Origin: Callorhinchus milii
Lineage: Eukaryota
Direction: 5' to 3'
NCBI RefSeq assembly: GCF_018977255.1
Contig: NW_024704746.1
Location: forward strand, 21,266,001-21,330,000
DNA: 64,000 nucleotides
This document shows positions 1 through 9,759 of this stretch, piece by piece. How positions within the stretch are numbered: the stretch's first letter is position 1; each line of letters opens with the position of its first letter. The position numbers were made by a program, and so were the translations under genes. The notes beneath the pieces were generated by a model. That model worked only from the letters and a program-made list of their open reading frames with translations. It did no database searches and was not told the origin of the DNA.

Positions 1-163
1 CCCTCCTCCTGCTCCCCCTCCTGCCCCTGCCCCCCTCCCCCTGCTCCTGCCCCCCCTCCTCCCCCTGCCCCCCCTCCCCCTGCTCCCCCTCCCCCTGCTC
101 CCCCTCCCCCTGCTCCCCCTCCCCCTGCTCCCCCTCCTGCCCCCCGGGGGTGTGAGAGGCCAT
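1..163 (-). CDS. Candidate first coding exon of an unidentified gene running off the left edge (MASHTPGGQEGEQGEGEQGEGEQGEGEQGEGGQGEE...)
   Basis: Minus-strand ATG at 163-161 (gcactATGg) next to a CpG-rich stretch with ETS-type CCGGAA motifs; frame open to the window edge through a 15-bp G-rich repeat. No homology recognised. Confidence 0.3.
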   Translation of the reverse strand, partial: MASHTPGGQEGEQGEGEQGEGEQGEGEQGEGGQGEEGGQEQGEGGRGRRGSRRR

Positions 164-292
164 AGTGCCTCGTGCCCCGACAGTAGCTCCGGGCGCCGCA
201 GTGACCGTTTCCGGCTCCGGCTGTGGCGGGGGGCGGGCGGGGGGTTGCGCTTCCGGCTGTTCCCCCCTCTAACATGTCCCCGCGGCTCGGAA
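150..292. promoter_or_regulatory. CpG-rich promoter-like segment
   Basis: High CpG density, TTCCGG (ETS) motifs near 208 and 252, GGGCGG GC boxes near 231-241. Confidence 0.5.
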
Positions 293-305
293 ACCTGTTC
301 CTGTT

Positions 306-950
306 TCACACTCACACTACACTCACTGTACACACTGTACACACTCACACTACACACACTGTACACTCACACTACACTCACTGTACACACTCACACTACA
401 CTCACTGTACACACTCACTCACTGTACACACTCACTCACTGTACACACTCACACTACACACTCACACACACTGTACACTCACACACTACACACTCACACT
501 ACACACACACACTGTACACACTCACACTACACTCACGGTACACACTCACACTACACACACTGTACACTCACACACTACACACTCACACTACACACTCACA
601 CACACTGTACACACTCACACTACACTCACTGTACACTCACACACTGTACTCACACTACACACACACACTGTACACACACACACACTGTACACACTCACTA
701 CACTCACTGTACACACTCACACTGTACACACTCACACTATAGGTTTTCACACATTGTACACACTCACACTACACACACACTGTTCAGGTTCTCACACACA
801 CACTCACTGTACACACTCACACACACTACACACTCACACTGTACAGGCTCTCACACTGTACACACTCACACTACACACACACTGTTCAGGCTCACACTCA
901 CACACGCACACTCACTACATGGCTCTCACACACACACACACACACACTGT
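306..950. repeat. CA/CACT-rich degenerate minisatellite (units like ctcacactacacacactgtaca)
   Basis: Directly visible tandem array; explains the HT/LYT-rich ORFs. Confidence 0.95.
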
Positions 951-1019
951 GCTGGTGCACACAGCTGTATATTTCCAATTTTAGATTTAATTTTATTGCC
1001 ACTCGTTATTATTTTGCCT

Positions 1020-1086
1020 TTGGCAGCACCTTGGGACGTCCCCCCGATGTGAAAGGCGCTATAAAAATTTAATTTTGTTGTTGTTT
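1020..1086 (+). mobile_element. L2 LINE 3' tail fragment
   Basis: cagcaccttgggacgtcccccgatgtgaaaggcgct followed by (TTG)n; matches the L2 terminus at 34315-34380. Confidence 0.7.
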
Positions 1087-1569
1087 TATGTTATTGCGAC
1101 TCACGGTTCAGCTGAATAAATGCTGTGGCAGTTACCAATGCTTCATACCTTCATTATTTGACTTGAGATTATATAATAATCATAATATGTATTGCATTTG
1201 ACAGAGCGCCTTAACATGTCATTGAGACATCTTAAAAGCACTTCTCAGAATAACCTGCCCATGTGCCATAGTTTGGCCGCCACAGGTCCGTGCAATTGTT
1301 TGTACTGAACAGCTTGTTGCATCTTGTAACACCGATCTAAATGCTTCCACGCAATAATTACATCCAAAGCTTCTGGAAAACGCTCCCATGTTTTATTCAG
1401 AGGACAGATTTTCTGAATTCAGGCACTCTGAGATAATCCATTCAGATCGAAAAATATTTTGTGAATGTCAAATTGAAAGTAGGCAGGTACAATAACCCGG
1501 CCAATATAACACACCGTCACACGGCTGGAAATTAGCATCTGTCAAGGCTTCAGCAACAAACCAGTGATG

Positions 1570-1905
1570 ATGATAATAATAATATTCCTTGCATTTGATA
1601 TAACACGTCGTCGAGATGTCCCAAAGCGCTTCACAGAAAATACTATAAAATAGACGGAGTGTGTATTTGTGGGTGAAACGCGACAATCAGTTTGCGCACA
1701 GCAATGTTCCACAAACAGCCATGAAGTGAGTGACTAATTTTATTTGGGAGATTGTTGGCCTTTTTGAACACTGCCATGTAATCTTTATGGTCCATCTGAA
1801 CAGACAGGCAGGAACTCGGTTTAACATCTCATCTGAAGGATGACACCTCGAACATTGCATTGGAGTGTCATCTTAGTCCATGTGACTCCAAGTCCCAACT
1901 TGGGG
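1570..1905 (-). mobile_element. Diverged Deu-domain SINE
   Basis: Tail motif (ccttgcatttgatat...aagcgcttcacag) and body (tgcgcacagcaatgttccacaaacag) resemble the full copies. Confidence 0.7.
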
Positions 1906-2289
1906 CTTGAACTCAAACCTTCTGACTCAGTGGCAAGAATACTACCGCTGTGCCAAGCTGACACCTGACAGTGGAAATATAACTATTACAATGACTCCTG
2001 TAAATGCCGTATGCTCATTGTATCAATACATGCTTTTCACACAAGCTTTGTACAAACCACCTCCGGTGTACAGCCATGTGAATGCGGTACATTCTGAGCA
2101 CTGTGTTACTGATCTTGCTCTCTGTAATCACGCAACTTCAATTTCCATCCCAATTGAATTACCATAATCTTGGACAGAATATATTAATTATGGCTTTCTT
2201 CCCAATAGAAAAATAATAAAAATGACTTACTGGGTAGTGTTCCTTGATGCATGTCTACAGCTTGCCATGTTTACAGCTCCCTCCCTCCA

Positions 2290-2412
2290 ATGATAATAAT
2301 CCTTGCATTTTATATATAGCACGTTATCACGTCTTCGAGACGTCTCAAAACGCTTCCAGGATACACTGTAAAGTGAGTTGACTGTACATTTTGTGGGCAA
2401 AACACAGCAATA
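2290..2412 (-). mobile_element. SINE 3' fragment just downstream of the PARS2 stop
   Basis: taataatccttgcattt...cacgtcttcgagacgtctcaaaacgct tail motif. Confidence 0.75.
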
Positions 2413-2456
2413 GGACACCTTCGGGAGGCAAAGTAAACCGGGAACAATCACACACA

Positions 2457-3863
2457 CTATACAGTCTGCACGTCTCTCAAAATGTCCACAACTCCTTCTT
2501 GTGTGAGAAACAAAGTATCTCCGACATTCTGGCAGCAGACTTCAAAGACAGGTGGATCTTCCAAAATTCTCTTCCCAGCAATGATGACGTAAGGGTAACC
2601 GAGCCTCTTGGCGTCTTTCAACCTCTTGCCGACTGTCAGGTGACTTCGGTCATCCAAAATGACCTCTCCTCGAAGTTGAGGGGCAGCATCAACCAGCGTG
2701 TCGTACAGACTCTCTGAGAGTCCCTCCGTCACGTCCTCCTTGCTGCCTCTCTTAGGAGGAACGATACAGACCTGATAAGGTGCCAAGAGACTGGGCCAGC
2801 GGATGTCATCCTCAGTCGACAAAATCTCCACAGACGCTGCCAAGATGCGTGTGACCCCAAGGCCGAAGCAGCCCATTTCTGCCGTGACGGGCTTGTTCTC
2901 AGCGTTGTGATAGGAGGCTTTGAAAACGTGCGAGTACTTTGTCCCCAGGTAAAATGTGTGTCCGACTTCAATACCTTTGGTCTCTGTCAGCTTTCCTTTA
3001 CACTGTGGGCAGTCTGTTCCACCGCTTTCCATCTTCTCCACATTGGCAGCGAAACGGCAGGCCAAACACACTAAAATTCTGTCCTCCCCAATGTTTGCTG
3101 GTATCTGAAATTCATGCGACATCTTCCCACCAATGCTGCCAGTGTCTGCTTCCACCTTTACAAATCGCAATCCCAACCGATCAAATATACGGCTGTAGGA
3201 TTCACAGACAATATTGTAGGTCTCCTTTGCAGCTTCCTCCGAGACATCGAACGTATACATGTCCTTCATGTAGAACTCACGCCCACGGAGCAAACCAAAC
3301 CTTGGCTTCGGCTCATCACGGAACTTCCTTGTTATCTGGTAGAGCATGACTGGCAGCTGTTTGTATGACAGGCTACCGTATGAGGCTATGAGGTGTGTCA
3401 CAGCTTCTTCATGGGTAGGGCTCAAACAGTAATCCATGCCATGCCTGTCCTTTAGTCTGAACAGCTCTTTCCCCATGACCTGCCAACGCTCGCTGATCTT
3501 CCACAGTTCTGCAGTACTCAGGCTGGGCATGTTCACCTTCTGGCTCCCGATTGATTCCATTTCTTCATCGATCACCCGGATCAGTTTTTCCAAGGCTCGA
3601 ACCGTGTACGGTAAGTAATAAAAGCAGCCGGGATTGGCTGGGTGGATGAGGCCTGCCTGAATCATCAGCTGCTGGCTCTTGCAGGTGAGCTCGTTCGATC
3701 GGCCAACTCCAACCACTCTGTCCTCACGGAGGTTCATGGGCTGAAACAGGCGAGACAGCAGCAGGTGCTTGGACTTGCCGCGGTGATAATGGAACCTATT
3801 TACATTCCTGTAGCCACTAAACAGGCAATTTAATAACTGTCGTGAGTGACAATCGAAAAACAT
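2457..3863 (-). CDS. PARS2: Mitochondrial prolyl-tRNA synthetase, single coding exon, 468 aa
   Basis: Class II aaRS motifs (LSPTHEE, KFRDEPKPRFGLLRGREFYMKDMY, IEVGHTFYLG, MGCFGLGVTR), anticodon-binding C-terminus (WPSLLAPYQV...DDR...GYP), basic N-terminal presequence. Acceptor ttccag at 3894-3899 just upstream of the ATG; uninterrupted CDS as in human PARS2. Confidence 0.97.
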   Translation of the reverse strand: MFFDCHSRQLLNCLFSGYRNVNRFHYHRGKSKHLLLSRLFQPMNLREDRVVGVGRSNELTCKSQQLMIQAGLIHPANPGCFYYLPYTVRALEKLIRVIDEEMESIGSQKVNMPSLSTAELWKISERWQVMGKELFRLKDRHGMDYCLSPTHEEAVTHLIASYGSLSYKQLPVMLYQITRKFRDEPKPRFGLLRGREFYMKDMYTFDVSEEAAKETYNIVCESYSRIFDRLGLRFVKVEADTGSIGGKMSHEFQIPANIGEDRILVCLACRFAANVEKMESGGTDCPQCKGKLTETKGIEVGHTFYLGTKYSHVFKASYHNAENKPVTAEMGCFGLGVTRILAASVEILSTEDDIRWPSLLAPYQVCIVPPKRGSKEDVTEGLSESLYDTLVDAAPQLRGEVILDDRSHLTVGKRLKDAKRLGYPYVIIAGKRILEDPPVFEVCCQNVGDTLFLTQEGVVDILRDVQTV

Positions 3864-4487
3864 CTTTATTCCGAGTCCAACACACAGATTTCTCTGGAAA
3901 GTAAAAGACAGTTTAAGTCAAAGCTCACCCTGAAGTAACAAACGTTTTCAAATCCAGATGCGAAATACTTGGCCACCAGGCAGAAAGCATTCCACATACA
4001 CTCTCAATGTTTATTTGGTCGATTAGTCATTTCTGTTATGTATATCTTGTGTATAAAAGTGGGACAAATCAGCGTAAGGAACAAAACATTTTGTGCTTTC
4101 AGCACATCTCTGAATACTGTTCAGGGTCAAGCGGTTCGGCTCCGGCCAAAGTTTCAGCAGCTACTGAGCCGCGATAATAATAATAATAATCCTTGCATTT
4201 GATATAGCACCTTATGGCGTCTTCGAGACGTTTCAAAGGGCTTCACGGGAGGCCTTGTGCAAAGTGAATTGAATGTATAGCCTGTGGGTGATGCGGATAC
4301 CCACCACCTGGCCGTAAATTAAGGAAAATTCGCTAAGAGAGAGAAAAAAATATCTGTCGGCTTCCATGAAGGTTGGGGATCACTGGGACCTCACAATGAA
4401 AACCTGCACAGCTTTCCGACTGAGACGCGAGGAACTGAGGCCAGTAACCGAGAGCCAGACTGGCACTGCAGCTCTGCTCGTCCACCC

Positions 4488-4546
4488 GCCTGGGCCTGGG
4501 CCTGGGCCTGGGCCTGGGCCTGGGCCTGGGCCTGGGCCTGGGCCTG
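4488..4546. repeat. (GGCCTG)n hexanucleotide repeat, about 9-10 units
   Basis: Perfect visible array cctgggcctggg... Confidence 0.95.
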
Positions 4547-4549
4547 ACT

Positions 4550-5474
4550 GACCGCTCCCCTCCCCCTCCTGCCCCAAAGTCAGGATCCGCAGGGAATGAA
4601 TGAACCGAACGCCCCCCACACCCTCCCCCACAGCACTAATGCGCGTTGTGCATCAGGGTCAGAGCTCGAGGGGGGACCAGGTAGTTCCTGGTGCAGTTTT
4701 GTGCCCCCAACGCCCCGTCTCTTCTCTCTCCTCTGCCTCTCCCCTGTGCCCAGGGCCAGGCCCCCCCCACCCCTGTGCCCCCCCCACCCCCTGTGCCCAG
4801 GCCCCCCCTGTGCCCCCCCCACCCCCTGTGCCCCCCCACCCCGTGCCCAGGGCCAGGCCCCCCCCCCTGTGCCCCCCCACCCCCTGTGCCCCCCACCCCC
4901 TGTGCCCCCACACCCCCTGTGCCCAGGGCCAGGCCCCCCCCACCCCCTGTGCCCCCCCACCCCCTGTGCCCCCCACCCCCTGTGCCCCCCACCCCCTGTG
5001 CCACCCCCACCCCCTGTGCCCCCCACCCCCTGTGCCACCCCCCACCCCCTGTGCCCCCCCACCCCCTGTGCCACCCCCACCCCCTGTGCCCCCCCACCCC
5101 CTGTGCCCCCCCCACCCCCTGTGCCCCCCCACCCCCTGTGCCCCCCACCCCCTGTGCCACCCCCACCCCCTGTGCCCCCCCACCCCCTGTGCCCCCCCAC
5201 CCCCTGTGCCCCCCCACCCCCTGTGCCCCCCCACCCCCTGTGCCCCCCACCCCCTGTGCCACCCCCCACCCCCTGTGCCCAGGGCCAGGCCCACCCCCCC
5301 TGTGCCCCCCTCACCCCCTGTGCCCCTCTCACTCACTCTCTCTCTGCCCTCCCGCCTCTGTGTGTGTGGAGCGGACGGACCGCCCCTCAGGACAGAAAGA
5401 ACCAAATCGCTAAACTCGATACCACCCAAAGCCCCAGTGACAGTCTGTCCACTGAGAACCTCTGCAGTCTTCAG
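4550..5474. promoter_or_regulatory. Putative bidirectional promoter with non-coding first exons of PARS2 (minus, donor near 4553) and the phosphatase gene (plus, donor CAG|GTAAGG at 5474/5475)
   Basis: GC/CpG-rich; divergent splice donors either side of the array; both downstream coding exons start with acceptors and need a 5' exon. Confidence 0.55.
4741..5325. repeat. C-rich 16-18 bp minisatellite (cccctgtgcccccccac)n
   Basis: Directly visible; source of the Pro/Gly-rich ORFs. Confidence 0.95.
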
Positions 5475-5482
5475 GTAAGGAC

Positions 5483-5483
5483 T

Positions 5484-5522
<39 letters not shown>

Positions 5523-5600
5523 GTCCATCTCTCTCTCTGTGTTTCTCTCTCTTTCTCCCTCTCTCTCTCTCTTTAAACGATTCCCTCTCTCCCTCTCTTT
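5483..5600. repeat. (CT)n microsatellite
   Basis: Visible. Confidence 0.9.
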
Positions 5601-5929
5601 TCTGGTAATAGGGGGTTATTGTCACTAAAATAAACCTCTGTCCTCATCTTTTAGAGTTTAGATTGTCTGACTGGAAGCAATCGGAGCTTTTATACATGTA
5701 AATATATATATATATATAGATATCTGAACTGAATGTAATGTGTTTAAATACAGAGCAATAGTCGCTGCTGGAATCCCAAATGAGCTGAGAGCGAGAAGAG
5801 AGGAGAGAGAGAGAGAGAGAGTGAGAGAGAGAAACTATACATTGCCAAGGATGACAGCAAGTATTTCTGCTGAGGGAGCGTGGGAACCGCGGATTTATTT
5901 AAGAAAGAATAAGAATAACCATTGCATTT

Positions 5930-6250
5930 AATAATAATAATAATCCTCGCATTTGATATAACGCTTTTCACGTCGGGAGGACGTCCCAAAGCGCTTCACA
6001 GAACACACTGTAAAGTGAATTGACTGTATATTTGTGGGCGAACACGGCAGCCAATTGCACACAGCAATGTCCCACAAACAGTCGTAGATTGAAAATGACC
6101 AATTTATTATTGTTTTTGGTTTTGAAGGGATTATTATTAGGCTCTGTGTGGAGTAAGGAAACTTGCCCAAGGTTTGGCCCTCTGCCTGGAATTGAACTCA
6201 GGTCTCTCACTTGCAAAGCGAGTGCTCTAACCACTGAGCTACAGGACTCC
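5930..6250 (-). mobile_element. Full-length tRNA-derived Deu-domain SINE
   Basis: tRNA head with Pol III A box (TAGCTCAGTGG) and B box (GTTCAATTCC), Deu-like core (gggacattgctgtgtgcaattggctgcc), hairpin tail, (ATT)n. Confidence 0.92.
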
Positions 6251-6805
6251 ATTTGACAGAGGTAGAAGTTAGACACAGCGTATAAGCGGCTCCAAACTTC
6301 GGGGAGGTGGAGGGAACATCCACTTGGTTACTGGCAACTGATGGGTTTGTTTGGCAGAAGGTTTGGACAACGGTTGGACTCCGCACCTCCCACCCCCGTG
6401 AGAGCCTGTCAACTGGTTCAGCGTAAGATTTACATGTGTTTACCACCGGCGGAAAAAAACAAACGGCCTCTTGTGACTTTGCTGAGACCAATGGAAAAGC
6501 CTCCAATAATTTGCTGGGCTTAAGCTTCCTTTACAATAGTAGAACGTGGAATAGAGTCAAGAGACCCGGAATCGGATCTGTCACTGATTCTTTTTTTGAA
6601 AAGAAGACAAAGACAAAGAAACAGCAACTTTCAGACTAAGCCGCCACCCTGTCCTTTAAACCCCTCGACAGCCTTCGGAAGGGTTAATGTGATTGTTCCA
6701 TTTGGTTTCCCCCAAGGTCTGGACACTTGACACTTGAGCGTCGTTAACAACCAGAGCAAAACTCATCTCTGGAGAGAGAGAGAGAGAAATATATATATCA
6801 CAGAA

Positions 6806-9554
6806 ATGACTCGAGAACCCGAGGAAGATAGGATCATGGCAATTCAACCTCAAAATATCCCAAACCTCAGGCAACTGTGTTCGGGCTTTGCCAACATCTA
6901 CCGCTCAGCCAGCCCGGACCATGCCAGCGAGGAGGAGGTCAGAGTTTTGAAGGAGCTCTTGGGGATCCGATTGATCATCGACCTCCGCTCATCCGAGGAA
7001 CTCCAAGATTCGTCTCACGGGGGTCGGAAGCCGATCGATATTTCCTACGAAAGACTGAAGGTCACAGAGGAGGAAATGGAAGACACGAAGCGCAAGGGCA
7101 CCACAGGGAAACTGCTCTCAGGGGAGGCACAAGGCGTCCGCTGTGTCCTGAGCTTTGCCACCAAGAAATACAAGGCTCGACTCCTCACAACCATGTCCGC
7201 CTGCCAGAAAGTGCTGCTGATGTTCATGGCTCTGATCGATCGGGTTTTCCACACCTGGCTGTCTCAGAGATACCTGACCACCCGTGTCCTTAATCCCAGG
7301 GGGGTGAAGCAACAGTACACAGATCTGGTCGACACTTCCCAGACTGTCATCTTTACAAGTAAGTCGTTCCCGAAACTTGCAGGATCATTTTTATTTCCTA
7401 AAGACGTTGTTACACATGTGGGGTTTTATTTTTATTTTTTTTAAGAAAAGTGTGGGTTAAATATCCTCCTCTTTTCCTAGCTAAATAAATCCCTTTACTA
7501 CTTTGCCCGTTTCGCCAACAAAATATAGTCAACTCACTTTACAGTATATTCTGTAAAGCGCTTTGAGACGTCTTGAAGACGTGATGAAGCTATATCAAAT
7601 GCAAGGATTATTATCATTACATTAGTTAGACTAACCTCCTTCCTCACTACAACAACAACAAGATTCCATTTATAGAGATCCAGAGCCTTGGGGCTGAGAG
7701 GCTGAAGGCCACCGATGGTAGGGCGGTTGGGACGGGGGATGTGGAGCAGACCGGAGCCAGAGGAACGGAGGGTACGGGCAGGTAGGTAGGGGGATAATAG
7801 GTCGGAGAGAGCGAGGCCGTGAATGGCCTTGTAGGTGAGGATGAGGATCTTGAATTCGATCCTCTGGGGGATGGGGAGCCAGTGGAGGCGAGCGAGGGTG
7901 GGAGTGGTGTGGTCCCGAAGCCTGGTGCGGGACAGTACACGAGCTGCAGAGTTCTGAATGACAAAAATTCACTAGACCAATCCCTTCCCTTGTGCGGCAT
8001 GTTGTTGATTATTAAATCCTATTAAAGTCTGAAATCAACAGCCAACGACATACACACCGCTTCCTTTAAAATAATTCCACAGAAATGAATAAGAATCAAT
8101 AAGAAAAGCACTATACATTAGTGAATGGTTAACTGATCAAAGTCACTAAGCAGTTAAAAAATGATCTTGATATTGTTCACAGTCTTGAAGTTGTTGTCTG
8201 AGCCCAGAAATGTCCCTGCTCTGATACACTGCACGGCTGGGAAGGACAGGACTGGGGTCACTGCTGCTCTCATACAACTAGCCGTAGGTTGGCCAAAGAA
8301 AAACATCATAGAGGACTACACGGCCAGCACGGTAAGTAAACCGGATGTCATAAGGTACAAGATGTACTTTTGATTTTACGTCCAGTTAATAGCTCACCTC
8401 ATTGACTAGGTGTGAAAACCCCTCTAGAAAGGGCGGTTCTTGAGCTGCCTCTGGAACATTCAGGACTGCATACCCCTTTACCCCAGGTGGAGAGAAATTC
8501 CTGCAATGTATTTCAATGATACTCATCATTTCGCAGTCTTACCTGGAAAGAATGCTGGTATTACAGCTATCACCATGGATGATCAAACGCGCATTTTTTT
8601 GTTCTGCCATGTGTTGGAGTAGATTCAAATTTGCTTTTAACTAGCTGAGTGTTCATGTTGAAAATTGTTTTATATTGTTATTCACCAATGATAGAGGGGG
8701 AGGGGTTGAGAGCGGAGAGGAGAATTGTGAAATATGAATGTGACTCAGATCCAATGTTCTTTAATATTTTTTATGTAATGGTCTGTGGTATAAAGGCATC
8801 TTGTTATCTATTACTTTATACGATTGGTCATTATCATTGTTCTAGCTCTGTTATATCAGTGCTGTGTTGTTGGGCTTGTCACCAATACACCATGCTCAAA
8901 ATACAGTAACAGCACAAAACTCAACCACTTGGAGATCATTAAAGTGTTATTTTCCCCATCCCTAACTCAGGGATGATGATTGCATGACTTTGGTAGCTAA
9001 AAGTTGGGGTTGTCTCATTTGGCCCAACTCTGTACTTTTCTCTTCAGCAAGGTATAAAGCCGATATATGAAAAGCTTCACACACTTTACTGTAAAAAAAT
9101 GGGATTCACCGAAGATCTCCTACTAAGCTCCAAAGAATATATAAAAGCAGTACTGGAACACGTAGACAATACGTAAGTGATTAAAGTGGGCACCTACTTT
9201 GTACCGAGAACACCAAATCTTTAAGAAATGCACAAACAGAGCAGATAAACAATTAAATTAAGCAATTAAAATATATTAAAAGGAATTGTATTCCATAGAT
9301 GTGGTCTACCTAAAATTTTCTGAATGTCCATTGCATTGAATTTAAAAGCATTGAATTTAAAAAACATTTTAAATGTTAAATTTTAATATTGTGTTATAGT
9401 AGCATTGTCAGCAAAAATAGTACTGTTTTTATACAGATTAGTTTTGTTTTAACTTGTCAGATATGGATCCGTGAATGACTACCTAACAAGTTTTGGATTC
9501 GGTCCAGACGACCAGGAGAAACTGAAGAGAAATATATTGAGAAGTAAAATATAG
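6806..9554 (+). CDS. Microbial-type protein-tyrosine/lipid phosphatase (Y_phosphatase3 / MptpB / IphP-like), 306 aa; coding exons 6806-7358, 8183-8331, 9048-9172, 9461-9554
   Basis: Exons join in phases 1, 0, 2 at GT-AG sites (921 nt, no internal stop). Motifs IPNLRQL, IYRSA, LGIRLIIDLRS..E, P-loop HCTAGKDRTG, IIEDYTAS and C-terminal YGSVNDYLTSFGFGPDDQEKLKRNIL. Confidence 0.9.
7525..7620 (+). mobile_element. SINE 3' fragment
   Basis: aaagcgctttgagacgtcttgaagacgtg...atcaaatgcaaggattattat. Confidence 0.75.
7648..7960 (-). mobile_element. 5'-truncated, internally deleted L2 LINE
   Basis: Near-identical to 33795-34090 on the opposite strand, ending in (TTG)n. Confidence 0.88.
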
Positions 9555-9759
9555 CAGGATGCATACACAGACATTATTGTGTTTGTACATTGAGTTACAG
9601 TTAGCACTAGTAATATCACTAATAGAGCTGAGTCTGAAGCCAGGTTCCCAGTGTTTGATTATAGAAGTTGTAGTCTAATAATAATGAACATTAAACAAAT
9701 TTAGAATGGAGAAAGTACTGACAGTCATGGGATAGGACACATCTGGTTTTCTCTGTTTT

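Noticed and set aside
152-984. HT/LYT-rich long ORFs
   Set aside because: Translations of a CA-rich minisatellite.
4580-5576. Pro/Cys- and Gly-rich ORFs in all six frames
   Set aside because: Stop-free C-rich minisatellite, open in every frame.
6734-9554. Bacterial or fungal contamination as the source of the phosphatase
   Set aside because: The gene has spliceosomal introns containing the host's own SINE and L2 copies and sits within continuous vertebrate synteny.
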